Shown: in pieces, positions 36,569 through 49,586 of the stretch
Layout of the letters: each line of letters opens with the position of its first letter
Numbering within the stretch: position 1 is the stretch's first letter
Source: Amphiscolops sp. MND2022
Taxonomy: Eukaryota
Assembly: GCA_964187785.1 (NCBI GenBank)
Contig: OZ076409.1
Coordinates: forward strand, 5,396,001 to 5,460,000
DNA: 64,000 nt
Direction of reading: 5' to 3'
Made by a program: the position numbers and the translations under genes
The notes under the pieces: model-generated
What the model saw: the letters and a program-made list of their open reading frames with translations, nothing else
What the model was told of the DNA's origin: nothing
Databases searched by the model: none

Positions 36569-39500
36569 GTGAGGAGACAAGACACCCACATCTCACTATT
36601 TCAGAGGGGTTGATCGGGGGAGGGGGGTTTGAGATCAGTGATAATGTGTTAAATCTTTGCAACAGATTTTTTTAGCAATAACTGATTGAAAATTTTTTAA
36701 CCGAATCTGTTAAACCATTTTTGCCATGAATCTGAACTTAACCAATTTTCTAACAACTTTTTGAAGCGCATTAGGGTTTACTTTCGAGGCCATTTCCTCA
36801 AAGTTCTTGAAAACACAACCGGAGGAGTGGTTGGGAAATAAGAGAAGGTGCGGAAACTAGGCGAGACTGCCTGGCCTTACTTGAACTCCTAAACCTACGG
36901 CGCCTTTCTGGGTGAGACAAGACAATCCCACTCTTTCGGTATGGATAGGTATCGCTTTCCAGAAAAATCGCGTGCCCAAGTTAGGATCTCATGACAGTCT
37001 ATCCAATGGCTATCGATTGACTCGTGTACAGACAAAAGCACCAATTTCACACATAAGCGCCATAGTCAAAAGCGCCCCAATACAAAGAGCCTCACTTATT
37101 TTTAACCAATTTCATCTCTATATAAATATACTTGAAGGTGTTCAAACAAAATAACATTGGTAATGCCATGTTTTACATTTTAACACCAAACAAATTCCAA
37201 TTGAAAACGTCCTAAACTGTTAATTTCGGCGTTTCTGCCAACAAAATATTCATTTCCTGTAGAAACAATTAGTCAATAAACAGTTTTAAAATGAAAAACT
37301 CATAATTATTTGATTGAAGTGAGAAACTTGAAGTTGGTGGCCTAAAAGAGTCAGCAAGTTCCATGTAGCCTTTTACTGGGGCGCTTCTGTCTGAGGAGGG
37401 CGCTTTGTCTGGTGACCGATAGACCAACTAAATGCGTCAGTTAGAGTGCTAATACTACAATTTCGAGGAATTTTTCCAAATGATAAAGCAAGAAACCAAT
37501 TTGAACCAATGAACTGAATTATGTCACGAAGCATTCTCAGAGAACAATTGTTGAGAAGCGAAAATGATCCAAATCTTGCGGGGAAATCTCATACAGCAGA
37601 AGTCTCATGCAGCAAAAAAATGAAAATTAGGTCGTCCCATAAAGGAGAAAGGTTGTTTATGCTGCAATCTGATTAGCTGAAATTTGAAATCGAATTGAAT
37701 TCACTAGGCTGAAAACGCGTGTCAGATTTTGTTGGAATTATTATTATAACGTAGTCAGCTCATACTCCTAGTGCCCTAAATGAATGCAGGAGCGAAGCTA
37801 CGCCGAGCGAGGTACCATATGACCATGCCTCAATGTTGTTACTTGGCGATGGGAGCCTAGCGACCGAGCCATTTAACAAATATGCTTTTTCAAAAAAAAT
37901 CAAGTCCCATTAATAGTGGCTGTAACAGCACTAAACGCTAGTGTTTTGAATTCTACTGCATGGGATTGAATTTTCATTTTCTGTCGTATAAATTGGCCCC
38001 AATCTTGCTTCTAATGTGAACCAAAAAAGCAGTACGCATAAAAATCTAAGAGCTCTCATAGTTTCAAATGTTTATCAACAAACAATTCACGACAACTTTG
38101 AACGGCGACATTCTTGAACGGCAACTTTTTTGAAACAAAAGAATATTCACACATCAAAAATGAGATCGAGAATACTTGTAGCGATGTCTAGACGTTTTCT
38201 GATGGTTCGAACCATCCTTAGTTGAAGATATGGTTATGTAAACAAGATCTTTTTTCTAAATGATTGCAATGATAAGGACTGGTCCAGGACTGGTAAGGAC
38301 TTGTCCAGGACTTGTAGGGCTAAACGTGGCACATGTAAGGCCTGGTCCAGAACTTGACAAGTCCTTACCAGTCCTTGGAATGTTTGGCAGACCTGGAATT
38401 CAAATCTTTTTCAGTACGGGTGACAGGAAAATTGAAAGGTTTTCAGTGTTTTGTTTACTAGATGAACCATAAAAAACGGAACGCACGAAAATGTTTGAGC
38501 TTTCTAAGTTTCAAATATTTGTCGACAAACATTTCAAAATAACTCTGGACATTGCAATTCAGCTTGTCAGTTATTCAATTTTACAACTTTTTTCGAATAA
38601 AAAGAACTTTCAAACATCAGAAGTGTGAACGAAATGGAAGTAGTCTAACAAGCAGACCTTCTAGTAAGCAGACTACTCAAAAAGCTGAAAATTTAATCTA
38701 AATGTCAATTGTTTGACCAATCAGAAGTTAGAATTACAATCCAATGAAATGAGTGCTGGTACAGTCACTGTGTATGGAACTTGATGTACTTGAAGATGTT
38801 AGCTTATTCGTTGTCTGGCTCGGTCACTTCGCTCCCTTCGCCATTTAGCAACATTGCGGCATGGCCAACATTGCGGCATGGCTTCGCTCCTGCATTCAAA
38901 GCATTAGAGGTATCTGAACAGAGCTGACAACGTTATATTAGGAATTTAGTTGACTGCTAATCTGACGCAATTATTTAGTTCTAATCTGAAATTTCAACCA
39001 ATGGAAATCGCGTCACCAATCTGCTCATTAGCACGAATAATACCTTCATTCGATTTGACTGGTCTGCTTGTTGGACGCACTCCGAACGAAATGACTGGTA
39101 AAGATTTTTTGTGAATGTTCAAGTCAATTTTTTTGAGAATGAATACGTAGTGAGAAAATGATTGACAGAGAAAATGGAAGATTATCAGTGTCCTATTTAA
39201 AAATATAACGATTTTGAAGAGGATTTTTGCACAAAAAAAGTGCAAATGTCCGCGGAACCATTTCCCGGAAAAAAGCGGAAGGTGCCAAAAATACCTTCGA
39301 CACCCTCCAATACTTTGATGCACGTCTGTGCGTCCATTTCAGGTTCCCGCCTTTTCTCATCTCCAAAAATCCGGCCTGAAAACCACGCCCACTATCAATA
39401 AAAAGTTTTGAGATTAAGCATTTCACGCCCCAAGCTTCTAAAAGCTCTTGATAAAAGTTGTATTCATACGATGGGCCTTAGTTTTTCATTTTCAATTGGG

Positions 39501-40539
39501 GAACAAAAGGCATAGATAGTGCAATTGGTATATGCTCCAACCAAAATATTATCTCAACAAATGGTTGTTTATATCCGGCGGCTATCCCCGAATTTCTGTT
39601 TGCTCGAGGAAAAAACACGCCTTGTTAAAAAACAGATGATAAATTTGAGAGATATTCGTGGGATATTGCAGAGTACTTTGGGAGAAAATCAATATATCTC
39701 TTTTGCGGCAAAAATCCATACATTAGTCTTAGGAAAATTGAAGCCATGTAAAGGTTGTATTTTTATGTCATACTCGTGTATTTTCAAAGGAAAGTATTTC
39801 AGATACTGTAAAATTTTATTCAGTTACTAATTTATTTTTTGAAACAAATTATTCAAGTTTTGCTCTGATTTTCGACGATAAATTTCGAATTAGAATTACC
39901 CAAGCTTTGGAAGTTTTCTGTTCTGACCTATTTCAACAAAATTCCTCCAAATAATTCATCGAGTGTTGCACAAAAATATATAGGTTACCAATTTTAGTTG
40001 TCGTTGATTTTTTTAGAAGGAACAATATTTTCTGAGTATAAAGTTTGACCTATAAAACCATTTATGACCACCCGGATACAAAGCCACATGCGATTCCATG
40101 CAATTCCATGGAACCTCATGAATACAAATCCGGGCAAAACAAATCATGGCTCAGAGTCAAGTTGCTGAAATATTGGCGGGAAAGAATCTGAAGCTTTCAT
40201 TTATTTTTTTTTGGGTTCTAGGGCATCATAGTTTTTGTGACTCAAAACGAAGCTGTTCAATTTCTTCAGTTATAACTGCCGTGAATGCACAAAGAAAAAT
40301 ATAGTGAACAAAGTTTGTATCTGGCTTCTAAACTTTCACCCTATTTGATCTAAAAAATAAACTATAGATTTCTGCTTCTGTTTCAAGGTTTTTCACCAAT
40401 AGGTTTTCAAAGTTTTTCTAATGTTTTCACAAATTTCCCAAAAAAATGGTGGCGGGGGGAAGAAAAGAACCGAAAGTTTGTTGTATGTTCAATTTTTGGG
40501 CGTATTGTCTTTGGGCATAATATGCGGGGGCCATTCAAT

Positions 40540-41153
40540 TTTTAGTCGGCGCTTTCGTAGAAAGAACAGACTATAGTAGTGACTTTTTTTTAATTTCAAG
40601 ACCGACGAACTGGCTGATTTTATAAATTTTATTAGCTTTTACTTAGTAACTTGTAACTTTTAATGCCACTTGGCACAGGGGTTAATCCGGATTTTTTGAG
40701 ATTTGAGAAGCAGAAGGACGTGGGTTCGACTCTCCCACTTGACCAAAATATGTTTCGGCTCTGTGAGACTTTCCTCGAAAATTTTCTCAATGTATCCAAA
40801 GGGACCCCGTTCAATTTTCAAAAATATTTTGCAACAAGTTGGATTCCAAATAACCCCGAAGGGTCCCCCCTCTTACATTTTCGGCACTGTGAGATTGTTC
40901 CAAATTGTCATTTTTCGTCTGAAATTGAGATTTTTTATGCTTTTACAAGTTTTATACGCTGGATTTTTACTAGTTTGTTGTTCAATTTTTTGATATTTTG
41001 CAACAAATTGGATTCCACATAACCCCGAAGGGCCCCCCTTTTACATTTTCGGCACTGTGAGACAGTTTCAAAATTGTCATTTTTCGTCTGAAATTGAGTT
41101 TTTTTTAGTTTTTTACAAGTTTTTTACGTTGGATTTTTTTACTAGTATGTTGT
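40540..41153 (+). mobile_element. Family A HINE-like copy with two ~170-bp tandem units, abutting an exon
   Basis: Starts TTTTAGTCGGCGC; TAACCCCGAAGGG repeats at 40850 and 41020. Confidence 0.6.
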
Positions 41154-41160
41154 TTTTCAG

Positions 41161-41366
41161 CGTACGAGACGCGTCAGGTGCACATCGAGGAGCTGAACGA
41201 TAGTCGCAGCATCGGCATCTCCATCTACAACACCATCATCCTGTCTGGCTTCGGACTGCTCGCCTCGTTCGCCATCAAGACTGACGTCACCATGACCTAC
41301 CTCCTCATGGGCGCCATCAAAGTCTTCTGCGTGGCCATCACCATCTGTGTCATATTCCTGCCCAAG
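41161..41366 (+). CDS. GABA-B-like GPCR exon encoding TM6-TM7
   Basis: TTTTTCAG acceptor; AYETRQVHIEELNDSRSIGISIYN...IFLPK matches AWETR.V....LNDS..IG.SVYN...FVPK; 206 nt, phase 1/0; GC donor. Confidence 0.92.
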
Positions 41367-41453
41367 GCTAGTAACACCGCTTCTTTTCAGTTTTCTGTTA
41401 CCCCCCACCACCTAAAATTTTTTGAAAGAGTATTGTGAAGATATCAAAATAAC

Positions 41454-41882
41454 TAGACGGGAACGTCTAAAGTCGGCGCTATCTCTAAGGCTCAAAAAGC
41501 GCAAAAGACTTTTTTTGAAAAAAAACTTGAAATTTTGAATTTTTTTCTTTCAGAAAATAACGCATAGTGAAAGGGGGACTCTTTGGCGACAAAAATTTTT
41601 TCGAAAAATGTCGCACAATGCCGAAAAAATCGAAAGGGGGGACCCTTTAGTCTCGCCCGGTTTTGTAGGTTACGTTAAAAAAGTAAAAAAAAATGAAAGG
41701 GGGGACCCTTTTGCACTAATTTCCGCTGGCCGGACTTGGCCTTATGGTAGTAGTTTTAGTAGTTTCGATTGTAAGAAAAGTGGACCAATCAGAGTGAGAT
41801 TGTAGTCTGACGAAAAAAAAAGAAGAAAAACTAGCCACTGTAAGAGTCGGGCACTTTTCACTAGAAAAGCTCCGACTAAAAA
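41454..41882 (-). mobile_element. Family A HINE-like copy
   Basis: AGACGGGAACGTCTAAAGTCGGCGC...CCGACTAAAAA. Confidence 0.65.
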
Positions 41883-42828
41883 CACTTAGGACTAAATCCG
41901 AAACTTTTACTTTTATATTTCAGGGGCATGGTGACAGTTTAGAATCCAGATACAAACTTTGTTCACGCTATTTTTCCTAGTGAAGTCATGCGTTCCTGTT
42001 GAAATTTCAACAGCTTCCTGAATCACAACAAAAAACAGTTAATTTTCAACATATTCACAATCAAAATGTGTGGAGCAATGTTTTGTTCAAACGAAAAACT
42101 ATTCCAAGTTAATTTCATGTTATGGAAAAACTTCACTTCGAATTCAACTAGTTTAGCAAATTTTTGTATATTTCTCTCAAAAAAAATTGATGGTGGGGAA
42201 AATCAGAGAAGAGCCTTAACACCAATGGATCAAACCGCATCCATCAATATTTGAGAATATGCCTTCTTTCAAAAATGCGTTGATCGAAAAGTAAGTGGTT
42301 CATCAAAAATGTTTACACTGTCTCCTAAGGCACAAGCAGGTATGTTACATGCTCCCAGAGGTTTATCAGAACTCCAGTCTTCAATCCGTTTGTGCATCGG
42401 TGCAAAGATATTGGGGGAAATTAGAACAATTTCTGACTCATTTTTAGTCAGCGCATTTCGACAAAAAGAACCAACTATAACAGTGCTTTTTTAAAACCAG
42501 CGAACTGATAGATTTCTATAATCATTTTTATGATTTAGCAACTAACGTAGTTGCTTTATTAAGGTCTAACTGCCACTTGGCCTAGAGGTTAACTTGGATT
42601 TCTGAGATCTGAGACGAGGTCTGAAAAGCAGAAGTGCAAGGGTTCGAGGCTCGACCTATACCGAAAATTTTTATTGCTGAAAAAAGTAGGGGGAGACCGA
42701 AGGATCCCCGCTTAGGGTTTTTTTTCGGGTTTATGCGACTTTTATTAATTAATTTCTACGACCTCATTCAATAGTTTTTGATTCTGTTAATTGATGAGCT
42801 TTCTCAGAAGTGTGAAAAAGATCTACGT

Positions 42829-44188
42829 TTTTAGTCGGCGCATTTTCCTTTAAGGAAAAAAGCCCGACTATTACAGTGGCTAGTTTTTTTTTTTCGTCAG
42901 ACCACAGAGCTCATCGCGTATGTACCACTTTTCACAGAAACTGATAAGTTCACTCAGGCCAAGTTCCACCAATGCAAACTTACTGCAAAGGGTCCCCCTT
43001 TCGTTTTTTACCTTTTTTACGTAACCTACAAAACCGGAAGACTCCAAAGGGTCCCCCCTTTCAATTTTTTTTCGGCACTGTGCGAATTTTTTTTTCGAAA
43101 ATTTTTAATTTTTCAAAAGAGTCCCCCCTTCGGATTTTTTGATATTTTGCAACAGAAAGTATGTTAATGAATCCCAAAGGGTCCCCCCTTTCATTTTTCG
43201 GCACTATGCGACGTTTTCGAAGTTTTTTCAAAAAATTTTTTTCAAAAAAAATTTTCAAAAATTTTTTTGTTTCCAGTCGAGAAAAGTGATTTTCCAGTCA
43301 TATCGAGCATGAAAGGCACACTTTGGGTGTCTCGAAAGTGTTTTCAAAGCTTTTCATGAATACATCCTGGGCATATTTAGAAAACTGAGCTTTTTGAGCC
43401 TTAGATATAGCGCCGACTTTAGACGTTCCCGTCTTGTTTCGGCTTTCCGCGACTTGTTTTTCAAAAAATTTCATTTGATCGAAGGGTACCCCTTCAGTTT
43501 CATCTGCTGAAATCTGCTTTTTTTGCACTACGAGACTTTTAAAAAATATATTTTTCATTGTTTCTAGTTGGTGAAAAACGGTTTTCAAGTCTTATGCGTA
43601 TCCCTTCAGATATTTTTCGGCAACGTAAGTTTGATGGAATTTTCACAAAAGTGTGCCTTTCCATATTTAAAACCATTTGTTTTTAGTCGGCGCTTTTCTA
43701 GTGAAAAGTGCCCGACTCTTACATTGGCTAGTTTTTTTAAATTTTTTTTTCGTCAGACCACAGACCTCATCGCGTATGTACCACTTTTTACAGAAATTGA
43801 TAAAACTACTCAGACTACCCAGGCCAAGTCCGGCCAATGCAAACTTAGTGCAAAGGGTCCCCCCTTTCATTTTTAACCTTTTTTACGTAACCTACAAAAC
43901 CAGAAGAGACTAAAGTGTCTCCCCTTTCAATTTTTTTCGGCACTGTGCGACTTTTTTTGAAAATTTTTTAATGTCTCAAAAGAGTCCCCCTTTCGAGTTT
44001 TTTGATATTTTGCAACAGAATATTATATGTTAATAAAGCCCAAAGGGTCCCCCTTTTACATTTTTCGGCACTATGCGACATTTTCTGAAAGAAAAAAAAT
44101 CAAAAAATTCAAGTTTTTTTTTAAAAAAATCTTTTGCGCTTTTTGAGCCTTAGATATAGCGCCGACTTTAGACGTTCCCGTCTTGTTT
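42829..44188 (+). mobile_element. Two adjacent family A HINE-like copies (42829-43438, 43680-44188)
   Basis: Each TTTTAGTCGGCGC...GCGCCGACTTTAGACGTTCCCGTCTTGTTT. Confidence 0.7.
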
Positions 44189-44809
44189 TAACCTTGAGCG
44201 GAACGACGACTAGGGCCGTTTCCGGTTTGGCAATTCTTTTTTGCAGGTATCTTTCCAAAACTAATCTCCTTTGAGGATGAAAAATCAACTTTATTCTGAT
44301 TGTCAAAATTGAGCACAAGGAGTGCAATATCAATCTTTTACTGTGACATCAAGTGCAACGTTAGGAACCCCCTAACTTTCGGACAAAAGAATTTCTCAGG
44401 AAATGATGTGACAAAATCCAAGGGGAATGATAAATGACAGTTTTTTGGATATTTAACGAATAATTACCCCGGTTCACATTCCCTGTGTGTATGGTCCGGA
44501 ATGTCATGTAAAAAATTGTTTTTTTTTTAGAACAAGGAATAGAATCGTTCAAAATATTGTTTATGTTAGCAATCAAAGTACGCTGTGAACATCATTTCAT
44601 TTTTTAATTCCTCGAAACGAAGAAAATTGAAATTGGATAAATGAAACTCAGTCTCCGATAAAGAGTTTACTTTTCTTTGTTAGAACAATTCTTGGTACGT
44701 TGAGTCAACTCTGCGGTAAATCGCAAGTGAACTTGACAAAAAGTTAACTTTTAACGTTCCCTGGTTGGAACTGAGTGCAAAAAATATATATTATTTTCTC
44801 AACAATTTT

Positions 44810-45498
44810 AAGCCGGGAACGGCATAAGTCGGCGCCATATCTAAGGCTCAAAAAGAGCATAAGGACTGCAAAGGGTCAAGTATTCTCTTCTACAGTACCC
44901 GAAAAACCCAAAAGTTGAACAAAATTGGCGCACCAGGGGAATCCTTTGAGATTTTTTATCTATTGTGTCGCAAATAATCAAAAAAATTGAAGGGTGACCC
45001 TTTGGTGAAAATTTTTTCTTTAAAAATCTTACAATCCCGAAAAAGTCTTGAAGGTGGACCCTTTAGTCTCGTCCAGTTTTGTATGTTATGCTAAAAAAGG
45101 AACAACTCTTATAGTCCAGTTCCCTGGGCCAAAAGGTACAGTTTGGGTATCTTGGGCCTTAAAAATGTAGAACTTTTGGTAGAACTGTTATTGGTCACTT
45201 CAGGTGTATCGAAAAACAAGCCGGGAACGGCCCAAGTCTGCGCCATATCTAAGGCTCAATAAGACTCGAAAACACTTTTTCTACAACTGGAAAAGCTCTC
45301 AAAAAACTAAAAATTGAGGAGAAAACTTTTCCGAATTTTTTTTCGAAATTTTTTTTGAAGTCTCCGGTAAGTCGCATAGTGCCGAAAAATGTAAAAGGGT
45401 GGATCTTTGGGATTTTTTGAACATCCATTCTGTTGCAAAATATCAAAAAATTGATGACTATAGTCGACCCTTTTCATGAGAAAAGCGCCGACTAAAAA
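44810..45498 (-). mobile_element. Nested or adjacent family A HINE-like copies
   Basis: AGCCGGGAACGGC termini near 44811 and 45219; GCGCCGACTAAAAA near 45485. Confidence 0.6.
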
Positions 45499-45925
45499 CC
45501 TACAACTTCTCCAGTCATTTTATTTTCATTTCTCAGTATTTGTCCGAAAACTGGAGTGTTTTTCCTCGAATTGACAAAATTGGTCTTTTCCTATACTGAA
45601 GATAGAGCCTGTCATGAATATCCGAATTTTGATATTGAAACAATTTGAGCTGAAAAGATGTTATTTGCATTGAAACTCTGTATTGGATAATTTTCAAAAT
45701 TGAATAACATCGAATGGATTGTATTGGTGCAGTGCATTGGAATTGATTTGCTGCTCGAAATTTTAAAAAATCTTAGACAACATTTTCCCAGTCCATGATT
45801 TTCAACAATGTCAAAGCATTCAAAGGGCAGTCCAAAAATGCCTTTTAGTCATTTTACTTCGTCATTTCGTTCCGTGGTTTCCGAATTGACCTTCTCAAAG
45901 TTTGACCTTTGACCTTTGTTTTTAG

Positions 45926-46035
45926 GTAAGCCAACTGCGCAAAGACCCAGAGGGCAAGAACTTGAACGTGACCCGAAGAATGACCTTGAACCACAAAACG
46001 AGTGCGGCCAGCAACCAATCCCAGAAGTTGTCCCT
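45926..46035 (+). CDS. GABA-B-like GPCR exon, start of cytoplasmic tail (truncated by gap)
   Basis: TTTTTAG acceptor; phase 0 VSQLRKDPEGKNLNV continues FLPK, as in FVPK...LR.NP of GABA-B subunits; open up to the N run. Confidence 0.75.
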
Positions 46036-46235
46036 NNNNNNNNNNNNNNNNNNNNNNNNNNNNNNNNNNNNNNNNNNNNNNNNNNNNNNNNNNNNNNNNN
46101 NNNNNNNNNNNNNNNNNNNNNNNNNNNNNNNNNNNNNNNNNNNNNNNNNNNNNNNNNNNNNNNNNNNNNNNNNNNNNNNNNNNNNNNNNNNNNNNNNNNN
46201 NNNNNNNNNNNNNNNNNNNNNNNNNNNNNNNNNNN
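46036..46235. other. Assembly gap (200 N)
   Basis: Run of N. Confidence 1.
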
Positions 46236-46584
46236 AAAATCATTATAAAGAACACTTATTCCTTTAGAGCTTAACTTCGATTGTCTTTTTTTTATTTGAT
46301 CAATATTGGTGTGGGGTATAATCTCTAAGTTTACTCTTTCTCTTACACTTTTCATAGTCTTACTAAAGAAGGCATTGCTCTAAAGCTTGTAAAAATCCTT
46401 TTCCAAAGTTTGTTTTTGCTTTGGCGCGCCTTTTGGTGTTATGATTAATGTATTTTTCTAACCAAGGTGAATGTTTGAATCTGTAAATCATATGTATCTC
46501 TGTTACTTTCATCCCCATTTTAGTGTAAAACTTGAACATCATATAGTGTATCATATATTTTTGTTTGTTTGTTAAGTGACACAT
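46236..46584 (-). pseudogene. polB: Protein-primed DNA polymerase B fragment (inverted)
   Basis: YMIHY..FKFY...GMKVTEIH..YRFKHSPWLEKYINHNTKRRAKAKTNF and MKSVRERV motifs typical of Polinton pPolB. Confidence 0.8.
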
Positions 46585-46604
46585 ATATATATATATATAT
46601 ATAT

Positions 46605-47319
46605 ATATGACAAAGAAAAAACAGTCTTTGATAAACCAATTTACCTGGGATTCTCTGTTTTAGAACTGAGTAAATTGTTAATGTAAGAGTTTTAATATCA
46701 GAAAATACAACCATTTTAAAATAACAGAATTAAACTGCATTATATGGATACAGACTCATTGATTCTAAGTATAAAAACTTTAAACATTTTAATAGACTTG
46801 GAATCACCAATTTTTGAATTAGACAACTTCGTAGCTTTAGGATCAAAATCATATTCGTTTAGTTACAAAGATATGCAAAGCAATACTCAAAAGGTAACGC
46901 AAAAGACAGTGCAAAGCACAATCCAAAAGTCAAAACAAAAAGGAATACAACATACACCAATCCTCAATCGATTTATAAAATCAACATTTAGTTCTCAAAC
47001 AACAACAGCAACTAATTATTCTATCCGTTCAAGTGCGCACAACTTAACCGTTCAGAAACAAGATAAACTAGATTTGAATCCTTTTGATGATAAAAGAGTG
47101 TACTTAAATCCAATACAAAGTTTATCATGGGATAAACACACCCAGAAAGGCGATTGTCCTTGTATATATTGTTTGAAATTAATTGGTTTGTATTATAAAG
47201 AAATAACTGAAGGATTGAGGAATGATGAAAAAATATACTATAACACTTGGACTCTGAAAGAAAATCTAAGTCATCAACAGCTTTTAAGTCTGATAAGTGA
47301 TCGGGCACAACTTTTATAA
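46605..47319 (+). pseudogene. polB: Protein-primed DNA polymerase B, C-terminal part
   Basis: FDKPIYLGFSVLELSKLLM...LHYMDTDS catalytic motif, FVALGSKSYS, KQKGI, LNPFDDKRVY; in-frame stops upstream of 46744. Confidence 0.88.
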
Positions 47320-47399
47320 ATACACCTAAAAAACATTTATAATGGGATATGTTGGGTTATGATTTATGATAGGTTATGATTGGTTATACCTTTGATTCA

Positions 47400-48527
47400 T
47401 CATTTCAAGTCAAAATGTCTATGTCCATCACTACTAATACTTATTAGTTTTGCGGTTAGAACTAATGCATAAGCTATATAATCAGCTACATCAATAGCAG
47501 CACTTATTTTAAATTCTAATCTAACAGGTTGACTCGCAATGTGATCGTTTTGTTTGCTTAGGTCAAATACATAAAAATTGAAATTTGTTCTGATTTTGTG
47601 CAAATCAATAAATGGGTTGAGTAAGTTAGTTTCATTTTGCAAGTGATAAAAGTTTTCAATTTCCTTGTATGCTCGATCATATTTGTCGCGGTCGTAGTCA
47701 CATTCTATTGCATTATCATGTGTTTGTGAATCAATTTTATCTCTTTAAATCCAATAATTACAAAAGTTGGAGACGACTCGCCACTATTGCCTAATTCAAA
47801 TGTCCAATTGTTATTGGTGCTAACATCCCTTCTAAAAACAATCCGTTCCGCGTAACTCAACTCGGTTGGGTCTTTATTCAGTAGCTGATCCATAACAAGT
47901 TGTTGGTTTTCGATTCTGGGTATATAGTGTGGAATATACCAACTTATGTCTTTTACAACTACTTTTGCAGCATCCACCCCATTGCCTCTTATGATAGCAT
48001 CATTGTTATTGTTCCGTTTTAAAGTAAGAGTATAGCCCAATCCATGAGTTATTTTTTCTTGATCAGCAAAACCAAACAAGTCTTTTAGTTTTATTCTCAC
48101 AAAAAAGTTCCTTTCTCTGTTTTATTGTTTGTTAGTTCTTGTCTCGTGATTGCAGTATTTTGAGAAGATTGTTGAGTGCTAGTCAAACACTTGTACATTA
48201 AAGAAATTGAGTGCAAATTGTCAACTTTTTCCAGGTGTTTCCCCGCACTTGTTGTCAGTTTAGCTTCACTCAATAAAGCAACGGGCCCAAATTAACCAAG
48301 CTTATTTCATCACCGTTGGCATATCTTGTATCATCATTTTTAAGGACTTCAAGTTCTAATAAGATGTAAGAAAGCTGTAAACATATGTATGCATCTTTTC
48401 TTGGCAAACTGATACTTATATTCGAGTTGGCGTTATTGATTGTCGCTAAACTACTTGGAAAATATTTAATAAAATCAATTTTATGAATAGGTTTCTCAAG
48501 AATGTATTTACTCTTTATAGAAAACAT
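47400..48527 (-). pseudogene. Major capsid protein (double jelly-roll), three frameshifted fragments
   Basis: beta-rich fragments incl. IKLKDLFGFA...YTLTLKR...ISWYIPH.IP...PTFVIIGF...FYVFDLSKQ...VRLEFK resembling Polinton-type MCP; ~1.1 kb in viral context. Confidence 0.75.
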
Positions 48528-48599
48528 TGATTCTATTTATAATTAAAAATTATTGGAAAATTGCCGGAAAATTACTCGAACTTGTGGAAAATATTCATA

Positions 48600-49436
48600 C
48601 TTTCTAACCTTTTGTTGTTATAGTCAAAGTTGAATATATTTCTTAAAAGTTCTTGTTCATAGTATTTTCCTTGAATAATTTCTCTATTTTCATCTTCCAA
48701 AGTTTATGTTACTGGGTCGTTGTGTTGATGCTGTGTATTTTGAAAAGTTCTCTATTCCAATTTATTGTGCAACCTTTTGAATAAATGTTCCTTTCGCCAG
48801 GAACTCTTACAAAATCTCCCACTTGGAACTTGGGGACTTTGGGCAGTTTGGGGAATGGTATTAGACTTGGTTTTGGTGTGTTATTTTTAGAAACCATTCC
48901 AAATAGTGTCATTTTTGTTGAATCATGAACACGATTATTATTTTATCCAAAGCATTATTAATGTGATTCAACCAGTTACCTTTACCTTCAATATACATTG
49001 GTTCTTTGATTCAGTCCAGAAGTGTTTTATTGAAGCGTTCAACAAAAACAGCTTTCAAATCTGAATTGGTTAAATAAATTTGAAAATTTTGCTCTTTTAA
49101 ATAGTGCAAAAATGTCTGGCTGTAAAACTCTTTACCTCTATCACTCCACACTTTTCGCGGTTTTCTTTTACTAGTTTCCAATAAATTCTTGAATGCAGTT
49201 GTTGTACTTTCTCCTGATTTATCTTTGAGAGGAATCGCACATGCATATTTAGTATGATTGTCAATTATTGTGAAAATAAATTTGTAGTTTTTGTTGTAAT
49301 TGCTTGAACTTGAGCGATCAATTAAATCAATACTCCAAAATTCATCTTTATAGTGAGTTTGTATTTGAATTCTTCGAAACTTCTCGATTACAGGAGAGAA
49401 TACTTCTTTAGCAATCTGCTCTTTCTTTTGGTTCAT
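48600..49436 (-). pseudogene. int: Retroviral-like (rve) integrase of Polinton type
   Basis: WSIDLID, IIDNHTKYACAIPLKDK, VWSDRGKEF, VERFNKTL (D,D,E) and C-terminal PKFQVGDFVRV...KG...NWNRELFKI. Confidence 0.92.
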
Positions 49437-49586
49437 TTATTATAGTATCAAACAATTTTTACTAATTAAATGAAAAATGAATATTACATGAATGATGATA
49501 AAGGTGGGAGCAGTCGCGACGACGAAAATAAATTACCCTGGTATCAGACGATACGAGGCCGTATAAAACCAATCTTTACGAATCCA

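Noticed and set aside
38275..38400. GGACTGGTCCAGGACT short direct/inverted repeats
   Set aside because: Single low-complexity patch with no termini or second copy to support a call.
41157..41411. 84-aa minus-strand ORF
   Set aside because: Antisense shadow of the GC-rich TM6-TM7 exon.
45849..46355. ORFs spanning the N run
   Set aside because: Artefacts of translating through the gap.
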